DNA from: Octopus vulgaris
Taxonomy: Eukaryota
Direction: 5' to 3'
Length of the DNA stretch: 64,000 nt
NCBI GenBank assembly: GCA_951406725.2
Contig: OX597837.1
Span: 40,052,001 to 40,116,000 of the forward strand
A program made the translations under genes and the position numbers. Below, piece after piece: positions 13,390-25,585 of this stretch. Every line of letters starts with the position of its first letter. Position 1 is the first letter of the stretch. The notes beneath the pieces were generated by a model. That model was not told the origin of the DNA. It ran no database searches and saw only the letters and a list, made by a program, of their open reading frames with translations.

Positions 13390-14510
13390 CAGTACCGTGC
13401 AAATGTCTTCGGTTACTTTAAACAATTGTAAAAATCTAATTGCCAGCTTATAAATGGATGTTTCACATTGCGTTTTTTACAGATGAAACATTGGCCCTCT
13501 TCGAATCATTTCCACACCTAATCATTAAATTCTGAATAAAAGAAGATGCAAGACGAACACCAAAAATGGCCATGCAAAACTTTTCAGCCACCTCACGTAA
13601 TCCAATCAAGATACAGCGTTTGTAAACAGAAAAATGTCTATAATGAAAATTTATTAAATCCTTAAATCCTTAAAAATGTTTCAGCCCGAAGGCTGCGGCA
13701 AAGCTGGGGCACCACTGTTGAATGAGCTACACTAGTATGTGAATCCACCTCTGATATGTGGCACTTGGTCGACAAGGGAGTTCGATGCCGCTGCCCGCAT
13801 CTGTGTCTCTTGCCGAGAGGTAGGTTCATCTGGGACCCCCCGACAAGAAGAGATCCAGTTTAGTTTTAAAGAAACCCACATCCACACCATGCAAGTCTCT
13901 CAGGCATTTAGGGAGGATGTTGAAGAGCTACGGTCCTCTGAAACCCAAGCTATTGCAGTATCTGGACCTGTATTTTGATGGTGATGTTGGAATCTTTGGC
14001 ACCATGCATTGGAGCCCTGTTCTGCGGCTGGGGTTTATTATTACATAATGTTCGCTCCAAGAAGTTACTGTACATTGTTATTATTTCGTGCGGCCTCCCT
14101 TATCTTCAATAATTGCTTCACAGGTATGAGATGCCATTCTCTGTGGGTGAGCTACCGCAACTCTACAAGATTGCGTGGATTCTTCTGACGAACCCTTCTC
14201 TTTCGTTCTGTTCATATTTGTTCGATGATATTTAGGTTAGGGCTCTAAGCTGGCCAATCTTTCAATAGGGTAACACCTTCATCAACCAGATACTGTTGTG
14301 TTGCATGCGATCTGCGGTATGGAGCTCCGTTTGATACCACCCGAGTCGGGTATCAAATTGCCCTTCAGATCATAAATGTATTTGGCACTTTTCAAGTTAC
14401 CATCAGTTTTAACCAACTTTCTCGAACCATAACACCAGATTCTTACACCCAAATTTCACTGCATTCGTCGTGTAACAAGGGTAGTTTCACTTTCTAATAA
14501 GCAAGAATTT
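13390..14510 (-). pseudogene. Tc1 (DD34E-type) transposon relic interrupted by a LINE
   Basis: TA followed by CAGTACCGTGCAAATG TIR at 13388; minus translation NGAPYRRSHATQQYLVDEGVTLLKDWPA*SPNLNIIEQI*..NPRNL..EWHLIP and EAIIEDKGGRTK*. Confidence 0.85.
13657..14013 (-). mobile_element. CR1/Jockey-group LINE 3' end (ORF2 C-terminus plus 3' UTR)
   Basis: Minus translation NSLGFRGP*LFNILPKCLRDLHGVDVGFFKTKLDLFLS/VPDEP..RAAASNSLVDQ; 3' UTR stem-loop and (TAAGGATT)2 tail. Confidence 0.85.
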
Positions 14511-15282
14511 GCCAAAAGACCTCCAGGAAAACATGCATACAAACGTACATACCTTTGACTGGCTTCCCTGCTGCTTCCCCTATAAAATTCACCCAATAAA
14601 CTTAGGAGGTTGTTACGGAGATGTACTTGCATAGCGAGTGACTTGATCTGAGATCGTGTGCTGGAACGAAAACAATTGCAGCGTGGAAGGTGTTTATAAG
14701 CCAGTTAAGAAACACACAAAACCGTTAGATTCACTTCAACATTTAAATATAATTTGTCAAAATATTTTCGTCGCTTTGAGACCGCGACCTGTTCACTGAC
14801 AAAGCTTCGTGCTGAGGTTGGTTCAACGGATATAGAGCGGGGGAAAAAAAACCCTGCTTCAAGTGCCGTACAACAGCGGGACTGAACCCGTAAACAGATG
14901 GTTGCAAAGCGAGTTTGTTAATCACACAGCCACACTTCGCACGTCTAAAATTGTAAGTTTAGCAACAGAAATACAAGAAAATAAAGTAAACACTATCTTG
15001 GCTTATATAAGAATTATTTATTTACGTGTTATGTAATAAATGTTATAAGAATGTTATAAGACCCGTCCATGTTGGATTTCTTGAATTTGGGAACAGAAAA
15101 TATTTATGTCTTTTTTGTAGCATCCTTTACACTTCATATTTGTTGAAGCCATAAATGATAAATGATGAAATAGTATATAAGTTATCTAATGGTAAGATAT
15201 AACATTATATTTACTATCTTAATTACTACTTGCAATGGTTGGGGAAATGTTCTTACATATATATGCATATACCCATATATAT

Positions 15283-15372
<90 letters not shown>

Positions 15373-15454
15373 ATATATGGATACACACACACACATATAT
15401 ATATATGGATATATATATATATACATATACATATATATGGATATATATATATAC

Positions 15455-15509
<55 letters not shown>

Positions 15510-15647
15510 TACATATACATATGTATATATATGGATATATATATATATATATGCATATATATGTAGATATACATATATAAACACATATATATATGTATAT
15601 ATACTTATATATATATAAGTATATATATAGACGCACACCTATATATA

Positions 15648-15682
<35 letters not shown>

Positions 15683-15935
15683 ATATGGATACACGCACAC
15701 ACACACGCTCACCACACACATACGCTCACACACAGACATATATATGTATGTATTAGTGAGATACTTAACAAAGAACATTCTTGGTGGCGGATAATTCTAG
15801 GAAGAATGGTGGAAGCAAAACTGACATTTTTCTTTAACTGATGATGTTGTCTAGTCATAAATGGCATATCATGCCAGCCGACAGGGGTAATCTATTCAGT
15901 CTAATAATAATGATGATGATGATAATGATAATAAA

Positions 15936-16009
<74 letters not shown>

Positions 16010-16542
16010 CAATACCAGACAGTGACTCTCATGGCTGCTGATCTTAACTGATTGGAAGTGTTATCATGTACATTATTTTGTCTCTGTATAAAAGATGGGC
16101 TACAGCAAACATTCCGCTCAATACCACAGATTGGCTTGTCAGTTGTTTGACCTTAAACCAGTTGAGCATGTCCCTTTGTGGCTGACGATATGTGCATCTC
16201 TGATCATGAGCAGAAATAATCGTGGAGTATTAGAGCCATGTCTTGAGAGGGAATTCTTTAGGGTTTGAATAATTCACCTTTGGAAATGTGGGTGGTTCGT
16301 TCAAAATCCTTAAACAACCCTTATTCAGGGACCTTTTGTGCGGGTTGACCAGAAGAACATTGTAACTGGGCTCCACATGCAAGGTGATGTGCTGTTTAAG
16401 TTGATATGAGATCACCATGTCTCGCACATATGGTTGTGATGCATGTACCTGGTCTATCAGAGGGGTGGACATGATGGGTGTACTGGGCTTCGTTTATCTG
16501 TACCCCAGTGTCACTTTGATGGCATGCACTGCTCTCTCACTC
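16010..16542. mobile_element. about 540-bp non-coding element embedded in (AAT)n, copy 1
   Basis: Colinear with 18711-19257 and shares the end gcactgctctctcactc followed by (AAT)n. Confidence 0.85.
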
Positions 16543-16583
16543 AATAATGATGATGATAATAACAACAACAACAACAACAACAA

Positions 16584-16675
<92 letters not shown>

Positions 16676-16749
16676 TTACTACTACTAATGATACTATTAC
16701 TACTACTACTACTAATAATAATGATTATTGAAAGTAGATCTCTTCTCAG

Positions 16750-17208
16750 GTGACACTCTTAAAGAAAGTTGATGTGGAAAAAGGAATTTTCCAGGGGGTC
16801 TCATTGTCCCCTTTAATATTTGTCTTATGTTTGATCTCCCCCCACCCCCACAGTTTAGTATTAAGTAGCACAAAAGCAAGGTATCAGTTTAGAAATAGTG
16901 AGGCAAAATTTAAACATTTACTCTACATGGATGATCTGAAGCTGTTTAGTAAGAATGAAAAAGAGATGGATCCCTTTATAGAGACAGTAAAACTTCAGCA
17001 AAGATACGGGCATGGAATTTGGCATAGATAAGTGTGCAAATATTAGTCATGAGAAGGGGACAGGAAGTCAACAGCGAAGGTACACAATTACGTGATAGCC
17101 AGACATTAAAATCATTGAAAGGAGGAGAGAGTTATAAGCATCTAAGAGTATTAGAATCTGACAGAGTACTAACTATAGAAATGAAAACGAAAATTGAGAA
17201 GGAGTATA
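16750..17208 (+). pseudogene. R4/Dong-clade LINE reverse transcriptase fragment
   Basis: KGIFQGVSLSPLIFVLCL..HLLYMDDLKLF, then frameshifted FSKDTGMEFGIDKCA..ESYKHLRVLESD. Confidence 0.88.
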
Positions 17209-17239
17209 AATGAGAACCCAGGTTCGAAATTTCCTCAAG

Positions 17240-17283
17240 ACACCTGAAGAATGCTGGAGGGTATATCAGCCGAAACGTTGTGT
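17240..17283 (+). ncRNA. minimal type I hammerhead ribozyme motif within a 5'-truncated element (17209-17341)
   Basis: ACAC-CUGAAGA-au-gcugg..ucagc-c-GAAA-CG-UU-GUGU; palindromic ACGU replaces helix III. Confidence 0.7.
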
Positions 17284-17377
17284 TAACAACAAAAAAGATG
17301 AGGACAAATATCCGTTGAATGTAAATAATGTAAATAATGTATATTTTAATATTTTTCTTAACATGAAACCAATGGAA

Positions 17378-17762
17378 GCCTTATCTATCTATCCGCTCAA
17401 TCGAAGTTGACTCTCGGTTACTCGATGGATCAGTGATCTCCAGCTTGTTCTATCCTGGGTCGCTTCTTTCAGATTGGTTATGGCCATTCCCGTGTCACTC
17501 TTAATGGTGTCAAGCCAGCAGGTTCTCGGTCGGCCTCTTCCTCTCTTGCCACTGACCATTCTGACCATGATGTCCTTCTCCAGGGATTTTCTCCGCATAA
17601 TATGACCAAAATATGCCAATCTATGCTTGGTGATCCTAGCTTCTAGCGACAGTTTCGGCTTGATCCGGTTAAGAACTTCGCCATTGGTGAGCCTCGCTGT
17701 CAATAGAATCCGTAAAAGTCTTCTACAACACCAAAGCTCGAATTATTAATGCATTAATTCTC
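17378..17762 (-). pseudogene. RTE (BovB-like) LINE 3' end
   Basis: FELWCCRRLLRI..TARLTNGEVL..RLAYFGHIMRRKSLEKDIM..GKRGRGRPRTCWLDTIK..QDRTSWRSLIHRVT*. Confidence 0.92.
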
Positions 17763-17827
17763 TTAAAAGACAAATAAAGAAATTCTATCTACCAAAGCTG
17801 TGTTGAACACTCATTCTTGTCGTTCGA

Positions 17828-17882
<55 letters not shown>

Positions 17883-18592
17883 ATATAAAAATAGATAGAT
17901 GTGTGTATGTGTGTTTTATACGATGGGCTTCCACACAGTTTTCATTCTACCCCATTACACTCACAAAATATTGCCTAAATCAAAATAAAACACATTAGCC
18001 CACTTACCGCGAGCTCGGATTGAACACAGAATCGCGCTGTTGTGAAACGAAATTCTTAAGCCACACAGCAATGCCTGCAAACTATTCTGTGCTTCCATTA
18101 TACTTCCTGACGTATAGTTACATATTCTAAAGGACACATACATTTGTACCAATATACACATTTTGTACAAAGAACAAAAACATGGCCGCCACTCCAGATC
18201 TCGAATATTTTTTTCTTTATTTGCATATCAAACGCCATGTTTAAAACATTTCATAATATAAAACGCATTACTCAGTGAACAGACAAACAGTTAGGGGAGG
18301 TCAACCAGTAAGATTCTTCTTTTTTTATTTTTTTCTTTCAATAGCTTATATGCACGTGAGGTTTTCTGTACTGCATTGTGTTAGCTCTGGAGAGAATTTG
18401 TTTTTTTTCTTCCATTTTGTGTGTATCCAACTTTGCGTCCGTAATATTGGACAAATAAAGAATATTTGTGTGCGTTTATGGGTTTTTTTTTTTTTTGCTT
18501 TGGAAATGGTCTGATTTGTGGAATGTAATGGTTGCGTTTGTATAATGGAGAGATGGTATGAATAACGATGACGATGGTGGTGATGATGATGG

Positions 18593-18662
<70 letters not shown>

Positions 18663-18671
18663 GATGATGAA

Positions 18672-18710
<39 letters not shown>

Positions 18711-18711
<1 letters not shown>

Positions 18712-19257
18712 GCCATGATGCAATACCAGGCAGTGGCTTTCATGGCTTCTGATCTTAACTGATTGCAAGTGTTATCATGTACATTGTTTTGTCTTGGTAT
18801 AAAAGATGGGCTACAGCAAATATTCTGCTCAATACCACAGATTTGCTTGTCAGTTGTTTGACTTTAACCAGTCGAGCATATTCCTTTCTGGCTGATAATT
18901 TGTGCATCTCTGATCACGAGCAGAAGTAGTGGGGGAGCATCATGGCCATGTGTTGAGAGGGATTCTTTAGGGTTTGAATAATTCACCTCTGGAAACATGG
19001 GTGTATCGTTCAACATCCTTAAACAACCCTTATTCAGGGACCCTTTGAGCGGGATGGGTTACTCGACCAGAAGAAAATTCTAACTGGGCCCCACCTGCAA
19101 GGTGTTTATCTTGATATGAGATCACCATGTCGCGCACATATGGTTGTGATGCATGTGCCTCGTGTACCCTTATCAGACGGGTAGTCATGATGGGTATACT
19201 GGGCTTCGTATATTTTACCCAAGTGTCACTTTGATGGCATGCACTGCTCTCTCACTC
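18711..19257. mobile_element. about 545-bp non-coding element embedded in (AAT)n, copy 2
   Basis: Same sequence as 16010-16542, with (AAT)n on both sides. Confidence 0.85.
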
Positions 19258-19279
19258 AATAATAATAATAATAATGATG

Positions 19280-19364
<85 letters not shown>

Positions 19365-19502
19365 TAATAATAATAATAATAAGGACAACTTTTATTATTA
19401 TCATTATTAATAATCATAATAATAATGTTTTCTTCTCTAGGCACAAGGTCCGAAAATTTTGGGTTACCAGATCGACCTCACTACGCAACTGGTACTTATT
19501 AT

Positions 19503-19924
19503 ACGCTCACCGTCCAGAAATCGTTGCAGGTGGCATAGCCTAAGAGCGTGTCTCCGCATTAGGAGCCACAGCTTACCTAATCCGCCACTCAGAGGATGCT
19601 GGCAACAGACTGACTGCCTGACCATTGGAACGCGTCCCTTCAACAAGAATTTAAATAAGAGACGCTCCAACCTGGTCAAGCAGTAACCGGGACAAGGCAC
19701 GACGGTCAGGAGATAAAAATGATTACGGAGGCGATGTAAGTAATCGCCACCTCTACCCGACCTTCCAGGGCAGCTTTCTTTCGGGCCATTTCTGTGCAAG
19801 ACTGGCCACCCTGTTCGCCACCTCGTCCCTGTTCTTATCAACCTGGAGGTCAGGATCAAACCAGACTCCGAGCAGTTTAACTGGTCCCTCGGTCGAGCAT
19901 CCGACGACGCCGTCCGATGGCATC
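19503..19924 (-). pseudogene. Tx1/L1-clade LINE ORF2 fragment (post-RT region)
   Basis: GPVKLLGVWF..W.ERKL/LEGRVEV..YIAS/YLLTVVPCP..LERLLFKFL..GGLG with two frameshifts; GC-rich relative to flanks. Confidence 0.85.
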
Positions 19925-20432
19925 AAAGATACAACACTCTTATTTCTGCTGAGCTAAGACAAAACAAATGACATGAGGAAACATGCATATATAACTAGAC
20001 TTCAAAATCAAGTCAGCCTGCATAAATATAAATGATCTGAAAGGAAACTTGAAAATGGACGCATCACGCCGGAATACATTTTTGTTGACAGGCAATTATT
20101 GGCTGTGCTTAAAATGGCCGTCCATTCATATTCGCTGCTTTAGTTTTCTCATTTCTTTTTCTTTGACATATGAAAGAAACCATTAATGTTCCGTCTTTGG
20201 CGTTGAAAGATAAAAGACAATACTGAAGGAGATACGAGAACGGTTCTGCAATTTGCATTGCGATAACTAAATAAAGATTTTCGTTAAAATATAATGTATG
20301 TATATGGCTGTGTAGTCAGTAAGAAGTTTACTGCCCAACCAGATGGGTCCGTGTTCAGTCCCGCCGTTCGGCGCCTTGAGCAAACTAAAAAGCGGTCTCT
20401 TATATGTACATACATGCATAGACACAGACACG

Positions 20433-20464
<32 letters not shown>

Positions 20465-20498
20465 TGTATGTATGTATGTATGTATGTATGTATGTATG

Positions 20499-20534
<36 letters not shown>

Positions 20535-20629
20535 ATGAGGGAGATAAATTAATATTAATTTTAATATCAATTTAAAACCAGTAGTCTAGCATACAAAAAA
20601 TCTGAGAAGTCAGAGAAAATTCTAATATA

Positions 20630-21096
20630 TGTGTATATTGGCAGGGCTTACTGCTAGGGAGTCGGCCGTATGCTAGAAATAGACCATCAACGATCAAACT
20701 ACAAGGAAATTCTCTAGAGGAAAAATACAGCGAACACCAGAACCAACTTTTGAAGACATTTGAAATTTTATCACTGGTGTAATGTAAAGCTACACACGTG
20801 TCTGTACTGGCACGAAAGCTGGGGTTAGCTTTTCAGTTTACATCACAATGAACGGATGCACTGAAGAAGCACGGACATTTGAATTACGTAAATAATTCTT
20901 TTGTTAAGGCTGAAACCGAGGTATGCATTTAATTCTGTTTTTAATATAAATTTTCATATGTCATGCCCGCCAAAGTTGGTTCTGGTGTTCGCTGTATTTT
21001 TCCTCTAGAGAATTTCCTTGTAGTTTGATCGTTGATGGTCTATTTCTAGCATACTGGTTGTCGACTCCCTAACAGTAAGCCCTGCCAATATACACA
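20630..21096. mobile_element. inverted-repeat element (about 120-bp arms) with a hammerhead in the spacer
   Basis: 20630-20750 is a near-perfect reverse complement of 20972-21096; adjacent to (TA)n. Confidence 0.88.
20856..20928 (+). ncRNA. type I hammerhead ribozyme motif with intact core
   Basis: Stem I AUGCA/UGCAU; CUGAAGA; stem II AGC..GCU extended by gaca/uguu and gaauua/uaauuc; GAAAC-CGAG-GUA with cleavage triplet GUA. Confidence 0.8.
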
Positions 21097-21147
<51 letters not shown>

Positions 21148-21339
21148 CCTTTCACTGGATACAGTAAAAGGAGTAATCCTGTTGTATGATGGCATACAGT
21201 AACTGATAAATGTATCCGAATTTTGAAGTAAACGTTTTGAGGTTATTACTTCATGGTAATGAACCCATGTCTAAAGTGCGCAACGAAGCGCAGCCTCATG
21301 ATACCATTTCGCGTCCAGACATTAAATCCGTTGCTTATC

Positions 21340-21720
21340 TTTTATATTTTATTTGTTTCATCCTTTGATTGCGGTCATGCTGGGGCATCGCCTCGAAGAA
21401 GTTTTAGTCGAATGAATGGAGCCTAATACACATTTTTTAAAGCCTGGTTCTTATTTTATCGGTACTTTTGCCGAACCGCTAGGTCACAGGTACGGAAAAA
21501 AATCAGCACTGGTTGTTAAACGGTAGTGGAAGAAGACAGTCAGAAAGACAGACATATAGAGATATATACGACGAGTTTCTTTCAGTTTCCGTCTACCAAC
21601 TCCGCTCACAAGGCTTTGGTTTGTTCGAGACTATATTAGAAGACACTAGCACAAGATACCGCATAGTGAGACCGAACCTAGAACCATGTGGTTTGGAAGC
21701 AAGCTTCTTACCACACAATT
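21340..21720 (-). mobile_element. SINE family A, diverged
   Basis: Colinear with other A copies. Confidence 0.8.
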
Positions 21721-22039
21721 ACAGTTTCTCTTAAACCTGAGGCCTTAGAGATATTTCACCATAAAGCAAATATGTTTTCCTCGTTCAGTTTGATTTTTCA
21801 AGATGTGTTCGCCTTTGAGATTCTTGGAAGAGGCTGGAGAATTCTTCCGGAAATGCATTAAAAGATGCAGAAATACGATCCACAAGAATTCGCAGATAAT
21901 TCAGAAATATGTGCAACAGAATCGGAGTTACAGTTGTAAAAGAATTCTTGTGTGCATGTTACATGTGTAAAGGAATTCTTGAATGAAACCGATGACTCAA
22001 AAGAATATTGGCGGATCCAGATTAAAACCAAATGTTCTG

Positions 22040-22760
22040 TATCGTACATAGATTACTCGCTTGAATCTCATTGGTAGATCTGACAGCATACCATTCTCCG
22101 TTGAAGAATTTCAACAAGTCGCTGGTTTGTGTTAAGCGTGAACAGAACGCAAACAGCAAACCAGAATTTCACCAACCAGATTATATTTCGCAAAGGCTGC
22201 ATACCCTTCTGAACAGTTAGACGCTGACTTCAAACGAACTGTTCCTAATATTAACAAGAATCGATATTTTCTCAATATCATAAGCTCCACGGGTTACTTT
22301 TCCTGTTTTCTTGTACAAACATGATTACATCAACAAACAATCATTTCCGTTACCAGCGGTTTCCTATTTTTGGAATCATTCTGGTAGTGAAGAAAATTTT
22401 ATGAGTTGGAAAGTGAATTAATTTTCTTTTTTTTTTTACAAACAATGGAATTTCACGTGGTAGAGTTACTGGTTATAATTTTCAAGATTAGGGAAAGATT
22501 TGATGAAGTCATTTGGTCATCAATCACGTGGTCTTTTACTTTACGTGGATGGCCTATTCAAGTCTGATAGACTGTCCAGGGTTCATAAACTGTGAATCTC
22601 AACTCACTCTGGTCGTTGTTGTATACTGCAATCAACACTAACCACTCTACAACCTGAAAAAAATAATTCTGAATTAATCTCGTTGTTTTTCTAGTAACGC
22701 CTCAATATTCGAGAGACTGGGTAACCCTGGAACAGAAATATCATATCTGTGCAACCCGAA
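22040..22760 (+). pseudogene. Gypsy LTR retrotransposon integrase relic
   Basis: Fragments RSDSIPFSVEEF, SKPEFHQPD, AKAAYPSEQLDADFKRTVPNINKNRYFLNII and LYTAINT match a Gypsy integrase pattern; many stops and frameshifts. Confidence 0.75.
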
Positions 22761-22918
22761 CGATTCTTTTCGTCGATGTGGTGTAAACCTTACAAGGAAA
22801 TCCTCGCAGTGCTCATGCTCGGTACCAAACCACAAGGATGGTACTGAGTCTGCTAGACATTTACTGCAAATACAAACTATCATCAAACAGGAGACTTAAG
22901 CACAATTTCAAAATATCA

Positions 22919-23740
22919 TTTTCTACTCTAGACACAAGGCCCGAAATTTTCGAGGAGGGGGCCAGTCGATTACATCGACCTCAGTACACAACTGGCACTT
23001 AATTTATCGACCCCGAAAGGATGAAAGGTAAAGTCGACCTCAGCGGAATTTGAACTCAAAACGTAACGGCAGACGACTTACTACCAAGTATTTCGCCCGG
23101 CGTGCTTAACGTTTCTGCCAGCTCGCCGCCATACAATCTCAAAATATCTTTTTCTACTCTAGGCACAAGGCCCAAAAATTTCGGGGAGCAGTCGATTAGA
23201 TCGACCTCAGTACACAACTGGAACTTAATTTATCGACCCCGAAAGGATGAAAGGTAAAGTCGACCTCATCGGAATTTGAACTCAAAACGTAACGGCGGAC
23301 GAAATACCGCTAAGCATTTCGCCCGTCGTTCTAAACTTTTCTTATTTCTTTATTGCCTATAAGGGGCTAAACATAGAGGGGACAAACAAGGACAGACAAA
23401 GGGATTGAGCTGATTACATCGACCCCAGTGCGTAACTGGTACTTAATTTATCGACGCCGAAAGAATGAAAGGCAAAGTCGAACTCGGCGGAATTTGAACT
23501 CAGAACGTAAAGGCACACGAAATACAGCAAATCATTTCGCCCGGTGTGCTTAACCTTTTTTCTAGCTCGCCGCCACAAATCTCAAAATATCCTTTTCTAA
23601 CTCTAGGCACAAGGCCCGAATTTTTCGGGGGACGGGGGGGGGTGCAGTCGATTAGATCGACCCCAGTACGCAACTGGTATTTAATTTATCGATCCCGAAA
23701 GGGTGAAAGGCAAAGTCGTGCTAAACGTTTCTTATTTCTT
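22919..23740 (-). mobile_element. SINE-D chain (4 bodies, tails alpha and beta)
   Basis: Repeated tatcgaccccgaaaggatgaaagg.aaagtcga core; spacer acaatctcaaaatatc occurs three times. Confidence 0.9.
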
Positions 23741-23754
23741 GGGCAATAAAGAAA

Positions 23755-23960
23755 TGTGTCTGTGTTTGTCCGCCCCACCATCGCTTAACAACCGGTGTTG
23801 GTGTTCTCACGACCTCGCAACTTAGTGGCTCGGCAAAAGGAGTCCGATTGAATAAGTACTAGGCTTACAAAGAATAAGTCCTGGGGTCGATTTGCTCGCC
23901 TTAAAGGCGGTGCTCCAGCGTGGCCACAATCGGATGACTGAAACAAGTAAAAGAGTAAAT
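23755..23960 (+). mobile_element. SINE family A 3' half
   Basis: tgtctgtgtttgtcc..ggcggtgctccagc..gactgaaacaagtaaaagagta. Confidence 0.88.
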
Positions 23961-24191
23961 GAGCAAATGAGTAAATTAATAAATTATAATCTCTCTCATT
24001 TCATTTAATCTCACTCTCATTTAATCTCCTTTTCTCTTATTTAATCTCTCTCTCATCTAATCTCTCTCTTTTTCTTTCACTCTTTCTCTCTCTCTCTTTT
24101 GTTTCCTATCTCTTTCGTTCTCTTTCTCCCTCTATTTCATTCTTTGTAACTGTATGTGTATATTTTTGATCGCCTGTGTATTTGCCTGCAG

Positions 24192-24406
24192 CGCCAAAAT
24201 TACTGTCTCCAAAACAGCCTGAATGTCCGACCAGCTGTGCCAAATCGTCAACATCAAAACAACTGCACCCAGGTCTCTTATTCTTAATCTCAGGGGTGGT
24301 TCTTGCGGGTTTCAAATCTATTCGAATTTGTGAATCGAGGAAGAAAAGAAGAAATTTTTCAGAAACGGAAGACTGTTGTGCAAATGTTTTAACACAAGCT
24401 GTGTAG
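24192..24406 (+). CDS. probable terminal coding exon of a host membrane protein (Ser/Thr/Pro stalk, hydrophobic segment, basic tail)
   Basis: Long pyrimidine tract (about 23990-24170) and ttgcctgcag acceptor; phase-1 open frame PKLLSPKQPECPTSCAKSSTSKQLHPGLLFLISGVVLAGFKSIRICESRKKRRN..LTQAV*; unique non-repeat sequence follows. Confidence 0.55.
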
Positions 24407-24953
24407 ACAGAAACAGTAAATTCTTTACTACTAAACACGAAAGTATTTCTTAAATATTTCAAGAAACGAACGAACCAAAACAATGGTTTAAATTGAATAA
24501 TTCAGTTATAAAAGAAAGCTCGGATTCGCCTTTAGCGCTTCATCTATAGACTAACGTTACATGTCGTCTGGTGATTACTGAAGATGGAGTCATTAACCAG
24601 CATTTAAGAAGTTTTGCTGTATGTTGTCGTACGAATCGAGTCATTTGTCTGTTGCTTGTTCTGTTGTTATTAAGTGTTGTGTGGATACTGGCAGCTTAAT
24701 GTTGAATAAAAACCCCTCAGATAAAAATCTTTCATTGCACGATAGTGTAAATACCCAAGATTTGGCTTCTAAAATGGAAACTAAATCGTTATTACGTCGC
24801 AGAAACATGATATGAGTTGTATAGAGCGTAGCATCTCGTATGGAATGATTTGAATTTTCTTACAAACCAGCAGATTTCAGAAGACAGATAAGTCAGTTAC
24901 ATCATCTCCAGTGCTTAAATAGTGACGATGTAATGATGATGATGATGATGATG

Positions 24954-25007
<54 letters not shown>

Positions 25008-25009
<2 letters not shown>

Positions 25010-25290
25010 CCAGAATGTGGAATCTAAAAACAGAAACAATTCCTATCATAGTAGGTGCATTAGGCATGATAAAAAAACATATTCGGACAAATACATAACT
25101 AAAACACTAAGACTTACAAACACATATAACATACAGAAAATTGCACTACTGGGCACTGCACACATCCTACGCAGAACACTTTCCATACAATAACCATCAG
25201 AGCATCACAACAAATCACAGCACGTACCCAAGGCACACAGAGCTGCGCTCGGTGGTGAAGTGAAAGCACACAATAAAAATAAAACTACTG
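25008..25290 (+). mobile_element. R4/Dong-clade LINE 3' end inserted in (TAA)n
   Basis: RMWNLKTETIPIIVGALG/..IQKIALLGTAHILRRTLSIQ* (restriction-like endonuclease C-terminus) plus 3' UTR; (AAT)n on both sides. Confidence 0.9.
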
Positions 25291-25309
25291 AATAATAATA
25301 ATAGTAATG

Positions 25310-25374
<65 letters not shown>

Positions 25375-25585
25375 TTCTACTAAAAGGCAGAAGGCTTGAA
25401 CTTTGGAGGAGGGTGATAATCGATTACACTGACCGCAGTACACAACTGGTACTTGTTTTAATCGACACCCGAAATTATGAAAGGCAATTCGACCTCGGAA
25501 GAATTTTGAACTCATAATGTTGAGACGGATGAGATGAAGCTAAGCATTTTGTCCGGCATGCTAACGATTCTTTCAGCTCGCCGTC
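25375..25585 (-). mobile_element. SINE-D, diverged (tail alpha)
   Basis: Contains caactggtactt..atcgac..gaaagg..tcgacctc..cagctcgcc. Confidence 0.8.
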
